Virus record (IMG/VR): IMGVR_UViG_3300030372_005099
Span: 1-27,662 of that record
Direction: 5' to 3' (one strand)
DNA length: 27,662 nt
DNA from: a virus
Lineage: Duplodnaviria > Caudoviricetes
Below, piece by piece: positions 16,169-24,165 of this stretch; position 1 is the first letter of the stretch; the number at the start of each line of letters is the position of its first letter. Below the pieces are notes generated by a model. That model was not told where the DNA came from and made no database searches. It saw only the letters and a list, made by a program, of their open reading frames with translations. A program made the translations under genes and the position numbers.

Positions 16169-16782
16169 AAAACACGCCCTGAGACCCTTAAAGGATATAA
16201 AATATCTTTGACCTCTTGGGGCATAGTACGCGGCGAAAGTTTAACGCTAACTTCGCGTTGTGTGGTGCTGTCTTTGCCTTGTGTGGCCTTGCCACGCTGC
16301 AAGGCTGAAGCGTATACACATACAGCATGTGTAATGTCATCAGCCGCAGAAGTAAACCCAGCGGAGCAAACGATTTTATTAGCTCGAAAACCTGATTCAA
16401 TTGTCACGCTGGAGGTAGATTTTAAAATTAAATAACCGAGGTTTGTATCAAGCTCATATTGGTCAGCTGCTATTTCTTTGTCGCTGCCGTATTCCCTTTC
16501 GACGTCGCTGTGCCAGCTTGTAATGGCTGTTACTGGCTGCATTGGTAAAAAAATTGTGTTTGGGTAGCCGTCAGCTGGCCCGTCCACATAAAGCGTGTAG
16601 GACCTTGATGTCAATTGGGCCGACGATGAACCAGCTGGGCCGGCCGTTATTCGCTGAAAGCCAATAAAAGCAGCCACAACCGATTCAACGCGGTCTAATA
16701 GATTTTGTAGCTCCGTGTCGCTAGCTGTCCCTTGCACCTCTGGCAAGTATTCTTTGAATGTTGCTAAAGATACAAGGGACAT
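16165..16782 (-). CDS. Head-tail adaptor (gp6/gp15-like)
   Basis: 'SLATFKEYL...DTELQNLL...PVTAIT...AGF...DDITHAV...PQEVKDILYPLR'. Confidence 0.8.
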   Translation of the reverse strand: MSLVSLATFKEYLPEVQGTASDTELQNLLDRVESVVAAFIGFQRITAGPAGSSSAQLTSRSYTLYVDGPADGYPNTIFLPMQPVTAITSWHSDVEREYGSDKEIAADQYELDTNLGYLILKSTSSVTIESGFRANKIVCSAGFTSAADDITHAVCVYASALQRGKATQGKDSTTQREVSVKLSPRTMPQEVKDILYPLRVSGRVL

Positions 16783-16790
16783 TAAACGAC

Positions 16791-17165
16791 CTAGACTGAG
16801 CGAGCAGCTTCAAGTTCAAAAACCAGATTCAAATCAACGGCATTGGCAAGCGTGCCGCCAAGGGCGGTGCTAATTTTGTAAGCTTCATCAGGCGCAAGCC
16901 CTGAAGCATCAAAATTGCCAATCGTCAAGCTTTCAACAGTTCCGGCGGCAAGTGTTGAGCCACCGGATGAATTTGTCGTGCGTGAAGCCAAAACGGTTGA
17001 CCCGTTAGCCGCTGCGATTGTTATGGTTAAATGGTTTGAGGCATGAGCGGCGAGCGCTTGACCAGATACGAGCTTAATGCTGACAAGGTTGACCGCATAA
17101 GGCACAGGCGCATAAAAGACACGGGCGCCGGTTGTAGCCTGAGCTATTGGTATTGAGACTAACAT
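16791..17165 (-). CDS. Putative capsid decoration protein
   Basis: Follows the capsid gene. ATG 17165 after AGGAG. Small, A/T/S-rich and beta-like. Confidence 0.55.
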   Translation of the reverse strand: MLVSIPIAQATTGARVFYAPVPYAVNLVSIKLVSGQALAAHASNHLTITIAAANGSTVLASRTTNSSGGSTLAAGTVESLTIGNFDASGLAPDEAYKISTALGGTLANAVDLNLVFELEAARSV

Positions 17166-17173
17166 TTTAACTC

Positions 17174-18625
17174 CTAGTTGTAATTGTAGCCGAAAAAGCA
17201 ATTGTTAACGGTTGACTGGTCAGGTGACCCCATGACGGCCCTGTAAGTCGCTACCAAACGAATCGCACCCGCCGAAATATCCTTGTCCTGCTCGACAACT
17301 AAGCCGCGCCGCTCGTACAAGTACCATGAGCTTCGATTCATCAGAATAAAACCGGTTTGTGTTTTGGTTGAATTGTCATAAATACCAGACGCGTTCAAGT
17401 CTTCTGAGAGGAAGCGAGACATAACCACAGGCACGCCAAAGATAGAACCTATTTGTCCGTTGATGATAGCGGCGTTTGGACCTGCTTTATCGACGGTTAC
17501 TAGGTTAGCCATGCCCATGAGATGACGAATCATGAATTCAGGGCTCACAATCATAACCAAATCAGCGGCGCCAAGTTCGCCAAGGGTCGCGATTCCGTTA
17601 AGAATGTCGGCCGAGGTGGCCAGCGTGGCGCTACCAGCAGCTGCGGTGCTGTTCTGGTCGGCTGCGGCGGCTCTGAAGCCTAGAAAGGCGCGTCTGTGAT
17701 CGCTCGTACCGCCGAGGCCGCTAGCGCCCCACCGTCCGCGGATATTCCAGTTTGCAAGGCCAGTATCTTGATGTGTTCCGGCGGTGTCGCCATTGACCAT
17801 ACAATCTTCGAAGGCATCAGAAATGTCCGCTGAAATTTGAGCGCTAAAAAGTGGAAGAACCGCAAGGGCGCTGTCCTCAAGTGCCGAATCGTCAAGGATG
17901 TAACTGCAAGCTAGTCCTTTTATGTTAATTGTTTTGTCACCGGTGGCCGGTGTGCTGGTTGTGTATTGCGCCAAAGGTGAATCGACTGTAATTTCTCCTT
18001 TCAAATAAGGACGGCCGCCCCTATTAAGGCGGGGGATATTTATAACATTTCTATCAACTGGAACGCGGGTCAAAAGGCTTCGCAACCGTTTTGGTATTTG
18101 AAATTCTTGATACAGGTCCGTCACGAATTGGTCGGGGATAAACTCGGCCCCTGTACCAGCGACATCATTAAAAGCCCGCTGTACGGCGGGAAGAATGGCG
18201 CGTGGCGCCTTGTTTAGGTGTCTGTATAAACGAGCGTCGAGCTTCGGTGTGTATGGCTCACTCATAAGCATGCGGCAAAGGTGCCGGTCTTGAGATATTT
18301 TTTTAAGCTCTTGGTGCCAATCGCTTGTTACCTCTTCAGAATCCAAAAGGCCGGCCTCTTCAACGCTTACACGCTGGCCACGGGCGTTGGTATAGTGCTT
18401 GACTTCGGTGGTCCATTGTACGGAGCCGTCAGCCTTGATGTAATCACGCAGCTCGCTTTCGTCGGCGTAAACCGTTGCGGGAGCTTGTGTTGATTCGTCA
18501 ATTAGTCGCTGAGCTTCTTTAAGGTCAACCAATTGCTTTTCAACATTTTGCAACCGGTCGCCCGCGTTTCGTTGGGTTCGAACGAGACCGTCAATAATCT
18601 CTTTCGCTTTGTTTATATCAGACAT
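17174..18625 (-). CDS. Major capsid protein (HK97 fold, N-terminal delta domain)
   Basis: Coiled-coil N-terminus, 'GAEFIPDQF', 'FEDCMVNGD', 'GSIFGVPVVMS'. Downstream of the protease. Confidence 0.9.
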   Translation of the reverse strand: MSDINKAKEIIDGLVRTQRNAGDRLQNVEKQLVDLKEAQRLIDESTQAPATVYADESELRDYIKADGSVQWTTEVKHYTNARGQRVSVEEAGLLDSEEVTSDWHQELKKISQDRHLCRMLMSEPYTPKLDARLYRHLNKAPRAILPAVQRAFNDVAGTGAEFIPDQFVTDLYQEFQIPKRLRSLLTRVPVDRNVINIPRLNRGGRPYLKGEITVDSPLAQYTTSTPATGDKTINIKGLACSYILDDSALEDSALAVLPLFSAQISADISDAFEDCMVNGDTAGTHQDTGLANWNIRGRWGASGLGGTSDHRRAFLGFRAAAADQNSTAAAGSATLATSADILNGIATLGELGAADLVMIVSPEFMIRHLMGMANLVTVDKAGPNAAIINGQIGSIFGVPVVMSRFLSEDLNASGIYDNSTKTQTGFILMNRSSWYLYERRGLVVEQDKDISAGAIRLVATYRAVMGSPDQSTVNNCFFGYNYN

Positions 18626-18628
18626 TTT

Positions 18629-19381
18629 TTAATAGTCCCCTTCTAGTGTTAATAATGCTTTGACAAAGGCTTTGTTTTCTTCGTCGTCTTCTTCCTTTTC
18701 GGAATCTTGATAGCCTTCTTCTTCCATTTCCGCCGCTTCTTCTTCTTCTTCTGCGGCTTCGTCTGGTTTCATCTTCGCAAAAATGACGGTCACTGATTCG
18801 TCATCTTCGGTCACGGCTAAAATATGTTTTGTTAGGGTCGTCACGGGCGCCTCTTTGAGTTCTGTTAAAACTCGTTCGTGTATGTATTGTTTAAGGTCAA
18901 AGCCGAAGCTTTTAGCGGCTACGGCGTCTGCGTTTGCGGGTATCGTTACGATACTGACCTCTAATAATTCGGCCTCTTCAAAATAGCTGCCGGCTGATTT
19001 GCTAAAAGCAAAATGTGATTCGGGTAAGTCGGCACGCGCAATGGTTTTAATTGGCGCAAAACCGACGCTAACCGCGTTCATAAAACCGCGTGATACCTTG
19101 CCTTGTATCTCAGCGGCGCGCGGGTCTGCGCTGTCAAATTCAACATCGATGACCAAACCTTTTTCGCTGATGCTGACTGCGCCGCGACCGATGGGGAGGC
19201 TTTGATGGTCGTGATTCAATAACACAATAGGATTTGATTTGTAATTTTCCAGATTCCAACCAGACTGATTAACAATATCACCATACCTGTCAGCCCTATC
19301 AGTCGACGCAATGAATGACACCTTACCCGAATCATCGCCATCCTCAACAGGTGACGATTTAAAAAATTGCTTTATGAGCAT
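18629..19381 (-). CDS. HK97-family prohead protease
   Basis: 'DRYGDIV...NPIVLLNHD...PIGR...SVGF...ELLEVSIVTIPANADA' plus an acidic tail. Confidence 0.92.
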   Translation of the reverse strand: MLIKQFFKSSPVEDGDDSGKVSFIASTDRADRYGDIVNQSGWNLENYKSNPIVLLNHDHQSLPIGRGAVSISEKGLVIDVEFDSADPRAAEIQGKVSRGFMNAVSVGFAPIKTIARADLPESHFAFSKSAGSYFEEAELLEVSIVTIPANADAVAAKSFGFDLKQYIHERVLTELKEAPVTTLTKHILAVTEDDESVTVIFAKMKPDEAAEEEEEAAEMEEEGYQDSEKEEDDEENKAFVKALLTLEGDY

Positions 19382-19387
19382 AACTAG

Positions 19388-19462
19388 AACCCCGCTAGCC
19401 TATTTATAAAACAAAATTTATGATTATTCATATTTTTTTTATTTTATTTTGGTAGCGGGGTT
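19388..19462 (-). promoter_or_regulatory. 10-bp inverted repeat enclosing an AT-rich promoter-like spacer and covering the protease RBS
   Basis: AACCCCGCTA (19388-19397) and TAGCGGGGTT (19453-19462). Confidence 0.5.
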
Positions 19463-19469
19463 TAAATTG

Positions 19470-19907
19470 CTAGTCATTCGCGCGCGTGCCAAACGCTCCA
19501 GCCCTTTTAAAGCCGGCGCCTTGTCTTGATACGCCTGACTTGCCAGACGCAGCCAGAGCGGCTTCACGGGCCTTTTTTCTTTCCTTGCGTTCAGCGATTA
19601 ATTTTAGCTTTCGTTCCACTTCTGAATTAAATGTTTCGGTGAATTCATCAAGGGTCGGCAAAGTCGCGCCCGCTTGCAAAAGCATTTCAACTTTTCGACC
19701 ATAAAACGAAATTGCGCCGGCTATCCATTTTTCATTAGGAAATTCCAATTTGAAATCCAGCTTGATTTGGTGCCAGTGTTCACCAGAAACAAGCTGGCCG
19801 TAAATGGTTAACAATTCATCTTTGAAAGGCAGCTCGCTAAACATGGTTTTCAGCCAGCCTTTGATAAACCAATTTGTGTAGTATTCAGTATCAATTTGAT
19901 TGGTCAT
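19470..19907 (-). CDS. Hypothetical protein (inserted cassette)
   Basis: Start reassigned to ATG 19907 after AAAGGA. Basic C-terminus. Confidence 0.65.
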   Translation of the reverse strand: MTNQIDTEYYTNWFIKGWLKTMFSELPFKDELLTIYGQLVSGEHWHQIKLDFKLEFPNEKWIAGAISFYGRKVEMLLQAGATLPTLDEFTETFNSEVERKLKLIAERKERKKAREAALAASGKSGVSRQGAGFKRAGAFGTRAND

Positions 19908-19911
19908 TTTT

Positions 19912-20184
19912 TTATCCTTTGGCCGATGTTCTAAAATCATTATTTATTGAAAACTCTAAAAGCTTTGATTTTGTGGCTTCGATTTCTTGCAGGTTTCGAA
20001 GGTGAACAAGCAGCTCGTCTAGATTTGAATCACGATACCAGTCATTTGATTGCTTTTCTAGATAAGGAATAAATTCCAAAGCTTCGTTAAGGTGATAATC
20101 AAGCTGCTCGTTCAGGCTGTGAGAAAAATCATCAAGAGTCGGAGCGGGGTTAAGTTCTGCAATGATTACGGGTTTGTCTTTCAT
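19912..20184 (-). CDS. Hypothetical protein directly downstream of the hammerhead
   Basis: 90 aa with RBS AACCAAGG. Confidence 0.65.
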   Translation of the reverse strand: MKDKPVIIAELNPAPTLDDFSHSLNEQLDYHLNEALEFIPYLEKQSNDWYRDSNLDELLVHLRNLQEIEATKSKLLEFSINNDFRTSAKG

Positions 20185-20208
20185 GGGTTTGCCTTGGTTA
20201 GTTGGTTT

Positions 20209-20259
20209 GCTGTTTCGTTCTTTTGAACTCGTCAGGAGCGGCGCACACCGCCCGACAGC
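20209..20259 (-). ncRNA. Type III hammerhead ribozyme
   Basis: GCUG-UC^-GGGCGG-UGUGCG-CCGCUC-CUGACGA-GUUC-AAAA-GAAC-GAAA-CAGC. Full CUGANGA/GAAA/GUC core and all three stems pair. Confidence 0.92.
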
Positions 20260-20284
20260 GGCCCCCCGTAGGGGGCGGCGGGGT

Positions 20285-20527
20285 TTATGCTCTGCTTTGT
20301 AATTCAGCTTGCATCATAACTATTTTTTCATTGTTGTAAGCAATATCAGCTTCGAAACGTTCACGTCTTTTGCCAATCATTTCGAGTGCGGCTGGGCATG
20401 TTTGATTTCTGTAATTATGCTCGTCATATTTAATCCCCGTCATCATTCGGGCTGTGTGATTTTCAAGTTGTTGAATGCGGGTTTGAATTGCTTTTGTGGT
20501 CATTGTTTCAAAGTCTGAAGAGTACAT
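20285..20527 (-). CDS. Hypothetical coiled-coil protein (first gene of the inserted cassette)
   Basis: 80 aa with RBS CCCAAGGA, downstream of promoter P6. Confidence 0.7.
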   Translation of the reverse strand: MYSSDFETMTTKAIQTRIQQLENHTARMMTGIKYDEHNYRNQTCPAALEMIGKRRERFEADIAYNNEKIVMMQAELQSRA

Positions 20528-20534
20528 TTTGTTT

Positions 20535-20595
20535 TCCTTGGGTGATGTTCTTGATTGAACAATTATATTATAGGCTATTGTAATACAATAAGCAA
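20535..20595 (-). promoter_or_regulatory. Early-type promoter P6 inside the head module
   Basis: TTGCTT-17 bp (ATTGTATTACAATAGCC)-TATAAT, then TGTTCAATCAAGAACA. Confidence 0.85.
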
Positions 20596-20666
20596 GCTTT
20601 ATTTTAAAATAAATTATATATTTCTTTAAAAGGCCGTGATAGCCGGCGTAAGAAAATTAATTTTTT

Positions 20667-23495
20667 TTAATCTTCTACCACAGGCAGCATCGTACAACGA
20701 CAATTTATATCCTGCTCAGCAATGCCAAACGAAGCTGGGCTCATTGCTTCAACGGTCTTCCCGTCTTTGTCTTTGCTTGTAAAGTTTTCATTAACGCCGA
20801 CGACTTGACCATCAAGCTCGTCATGTGCGGGTCTGACTTTATCGTCACGGGCTGATAACCACTCTTTGCGCATGCGAATACCCATTGCCGTTGCTTGTGT
20901 GAAAGCGTCCTGCGTTCCAAGGTTGGCCGCGCGCGTTGCTTCGGTTTGCGCAATCAACTTGGCACGCTTGGCGCCAAACACCTTGCCGGATGACTCCAGC
21001 TCTTTTGCAATCTGTTTAATCGGCTTGCCGTCCTGTAAAGCTTGGTCAACCAAGTCTGTTATTTGTGTCGATTGTGTGCGCACGATTTGCCGCGTGAACA
21101 AATCAATGTAGCCGTCGACCTCGGTCGGGTCAATCGTTTGACCCTCATATGGTATTTTACTTTGCTTGATTATGTCCTTGATTGATGCGTCGCCGCTTTT
21201 CTGATACCAAAGCCGCCAACGGGCGCCAATGATAAAGGCCGCATTACGGCGCTCTCCCGCTTCATCAAGCAGCTCGCTGTAATCGGTTACGCCCTTGGTC
21301 ATTGACGGCGTGACATATTCTTCAACGCGGTCAGCGTAACGTTTTGCCGCGCCTCTGAGATATGCACGGGTTGCGCGCTCGATACTTCGTAAAGCGGGTT
21401 CATTGTAATTTTTAATCCACGTTTGCCAGAGGTCGGTCCGTGCTTTTTCTTTCAGGTTTTTCTTTTTCACTTCGTTTATTATTGACCGCATTTTATCAAG
21501 ACCAAGCTCGCCAACGACAAACCATTTTATTTGCGCCACGATTCCAGCTATGGTTGAAATGTTAGGGCTCGGCGGGTCTTCATCATTGAATTGCGCGCCG
21601 TCACCGAAATGACGCGCCGCCCACGCTTCGCGGTCCCGTATTGCTTTCTCTTCGGTGTTGGTGTCTGGCGATTTTTTCGAGCGGCCGACGATGTCTTTAA
21701 GCCGGTTGTATTGTGCGTTTCCTTCGATGTTACCGCCGGCCTTCCATATATCAGGATAATTTTCTTTAAGGTCTTCAGCAAAGGCCAAAGGGAAAACCTC
21801 AAAATTTGAATTGCTCAATGAAACGCTTTCGTCGTCGCCATCCTTTGGAAAATTGGTCGGGTCTTCATCGCCCACGGCGCGCGCCGTGTCCTTTTCTCGT
21901 GAGCTTAAAGGGTGGTCGGGTGGTAGCAAATCGGTGTCGTATGGCTTGCGCTTAAATTTAAGGTTTCTTAATGCAAATAACAAGCCGTTGACGCGCGCCA
22001 TTCCCCATTGCTCGGCGCTTTGCACTGAGGGCCGAACGCTTGACGGGTTTGTTTCATACGCGCCAATACCGCGCAAATATGACACGGCTAAAATTTGTTT
22101 CGTTGTGCGCTTTCGCGGGTCGGTGCCGACTTCTTCTTTGTGGTCTGCCACCTTTCTTTCTAAAGCCAGCTGCGTGCTTTCGCTTAGGCTTTCAAATGCT
22201 TCTTTTCTGTTTTCATAGGTAGATAAATCATCGTTTTTTTTTACAGCGTACAACCGCGCCAAATACCCGCGCACGTCTTCGGCCGTCTCGTCGCTGTAAT
22301 CGGCTTCTGACCCCTCTATATCTTCGGGATAATCTAAGCCCTCATACTTGTATGCGGCGCGGGTGTTGATGCCGTTTAGTATGTGCATTTGTACCCTGTT
22401 AAGCTGCTCGGTCCTTGACTCCTGCAAGGCTTCAACGCCGCTGTAATCATGTTCAAATTGCAGCTCTGTATCAAACTTTCTAGCGATGATTGTAAACAAC
22501 AAGCTTAACCGCTTGCCGCGCTTTGTTTGGACGCTCCAATAGTTGCGCGCTTGCTGGCGGCTAAGGGCATAATTTGCACTTGGCAAGCCTAAAACCGACG
22601 GCGGCACGCCGGTGACACTGCTGATGCTTTCGCGCGCCATTTCCCTTGCGCGGCTGTATTCCATTTCTCGCGGCGATAGTTGCAAAGGCGACACCTCGGC
22701 AAGTCCGCTTAATACCATGGCGCCCCCATTGGCGCTGAGCTTCCTGTACTGGCTCGCGATGTCGCGGCGCATATCGGCGCCCCAAATGTCGGCGGGGTCT
22801 TTAGGACTGATTAGCAAATCGGGCCGCGCTTGCGCGCTTGCGTTGCTCACAAGGTTTTGGCTGTTGATGTCAGCTTGTATCTCACGCGCTAGCGGTTCAA
22901 TTGCGCCGGTGCCCATGAGCTCAGACGGGCCGCTTTTCCATGATGGTAAACGGCCATGTATCACGCGTTCAGCTGGATATGTTACGGTTTGACCGCCTGA
23001 CCGGTATATGTAAGCAATAACGCCGGTTTTGTCGGTCACTGGCTGAATGTTGGAAGGGTGCAGCCTTATGATGCTTGTCGGCTGTTCAGTTTGGCCCAAT
23101 AAAAGAATGAAGCAATTACCGGTTAGTATCATGTCGGTCACGAGCTGCTCTCTAAACAAGAACCCGTCGACATTTGAGCTCGGCTGTGTCATTAAATCAA
23201 TTACTGGGTGGTCTTCAATCAAGACGCGGTCTTTACCTTTCAAGAGGCGCAAAGGCAACGCCGCCAAATCTTCCGACGCTCGACTAACGGCGGCATAGGT
23301 GTAACCGTGGCCGCTGTAAGCACTCATCGCGTCGTTGGGGCTGTAAGTCGGACGCACGCCCATTGGCTGTGCATAGGTCGCGCCGTGGTCAACCGTTACG
23401 GGCTTGGCTTGCAAATTTTGCAATGACTTTGTTTCTGTTGAATAAAAAAGGCTGGCTATTCTAAACCAGAATCCGCTTTTCGTTGTATCTGACAT
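20667..23495 (-). CDS. Portal protein fused through inserted domains to a MuF (SPP1 gp7-like) domain
   Basis: N-terminal HK97-type portal ('ASEDLAALPL', 'LTGNCF', 'ISSVTGVPPSVLG'). C-terminal MuF ('RAKLIAQTE...KEWLSARDDKVRPAH...INCRC'). Confidence 0.9.
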   Translation of the reverse strand: MSDTTKSGFWFRIASLFYSTETKSLQNLQAKPVTVDHGATYAQPMGVRPTYSPNDAMSAYSGHGYTYAAVSRASEDLAALPLRLLKGKDRVLIEDHPVIDLMTQPSSNVDGFLFREQLVTDMILTGNCFILLLGQTEQPTSIIRLHPSNIQPVTDKTGVIAYIYRSGGQTVTYPAERVIHGRLPSWKSGPSELMGTGAIEPLAREIQADINSQNLVSNASAQARPDLLISPKDPADIWGADMRRDIASQYRKLSANGGAMVLSGLAEVSPLQLSPREMEYSRAREMARESISSVTGVPPSVLGLPSANYALSRQQARNYWSVQTKRGKRLSLLFTIIARKFDTELQFEHDYSGVEALQESRTEQLNRVQMHILNGINTRAAYKYEGLDYPEDIEGSEADYSDETAEDVRGYLARLYAVKKNDDLSTYENRKEAFESLSESTQLALERKVADHKEEVGTDPRKRTTKQILAVSYLRGIGAYETNPSSVRPSVQSAEQWGMARVNGLLFALRNLKFKRKPYDTDLLPPDHPLSSREKDTARAVGDEDPTNFPKDGDDESVSLSNSNFEVFPLAFAEDLKENYPDIWKAGGNIEGNAQYNRLKDIVGRSKKSPDTNTEEKAIRDREAWAARHFGDGAQFNDEDPPSPNISTIAGIVAQIKWFVVGELGLDKMRSIINEVKKKNLKEKARTDLWQTWIKNYNEPALRSIERATRAYLRGAAKRYADRVEEYVTPSMTKGVTDYSELLDEAGERRNAAFIIGARWRLWYQKSGDASIKDIIKQSKIPYEGQTIDPTEVDGYIDLFTRQIVRTQSTQITDLVDQALQDGKPIKQIAKELESSGKVFGAKRAKLIAQTEATRAANLGTQDAFTQATAMGIRMRKEWLSARDDKVRPAHDELDGQVVGVNENFTSKDKDGKTVEAMSPASFGIAEQDINCRCTMLPVVED

Positions 23496-23932
23496 GGTGG
23501 CACCTCTATTGGATATATATCAATTTTAATCTGTTCCCGTTCAGATTTTTTTGATTCCAATTTTGCGCCGTATAGTTTTGTGGCGGTCAGCGTTACAATT
23601 TGGTCGTCGTCAACAAACACGCCAGCCTTGACCAATGAATCAATTACAGCCTTGCAAATATTATCTATGTCGGGTTTTGATGCCTTGTAAAATCTGTTCG
23701 CAGGGTCTTTTTTTCTTAGAAGCCTTTGCGGCCTTTTGAATATGGCCGTTATTGAAATCATGACGGCGCCAGAAATGCGCGGGCCTTCATACCTGTCTTT
23801 TATTTGCACGATTGCGCGGCGTGTCCATTCGTTGTAATTTTTCGGCATGTACAAACGCGCCCTACCTTTGAAGGCGGTGGCCCTTGGTCGGGGGCATGCT
23901 ATCGGCTCGATGTCTAAAGTGAACGAATACAT
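23456..23932 (-). CDS. rusA: RusA Holliday-junction resolvase
   Basis: 'PIACPRPR', 'KPDIDNICKAVIDSL', 'DDDQIV'. Confidence 0.9.
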   Translation of the reverse strand: MYSFTLDIEPIACPRPRATAFKGRARLYMPKNYNEWTRRAIVQIKDRYEGPRISGAVMISITAIFKRPQRLLRKKDPANRFYKASKPDIDNICKAVIDSLVKAGVFVDDDQIVTLTATKLYGAKLESKKSEREQIKIDIYPIEVPPCQIQRKADSGLE

Positions 23933-24035
23933 TTTATCCTTGGCAAAAAAAAGATAGCCCGCTTTGGCTGGTCAATCAAGAGTAATTTTTTTTTGATGGC
24001 CAAAAACAGCCAAATCCAACAAATCGATAGAATAG

Positions 24036-24131
24036 GCCCTAAAATCGATTTTAAGCGTTTTTAAGGCTAAGCCTTATCGTAATACCTTTAATCATTTAGG
24101 AAAAGAGTGCCGATGATACCTTGGTTTGCTG
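24036..24131. repeat. 96-bp dispersed non-coding repeat, copy B
   Basis: Matches 3907-4002 in the same orientation. Confidence 0.9.
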
Positions 24132-24165
24132 GCTTTTTCGATTTCGGAGCTTTTGCTGTATTTTT

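Noticed and set aside
24063-24077. Palindrome TAAGGCT-A-AGCCTTA in repeat copy B as a conserved RNA stem
   Set aside because: It is not preserved in copy A, so it does not support a shared secondary structure.
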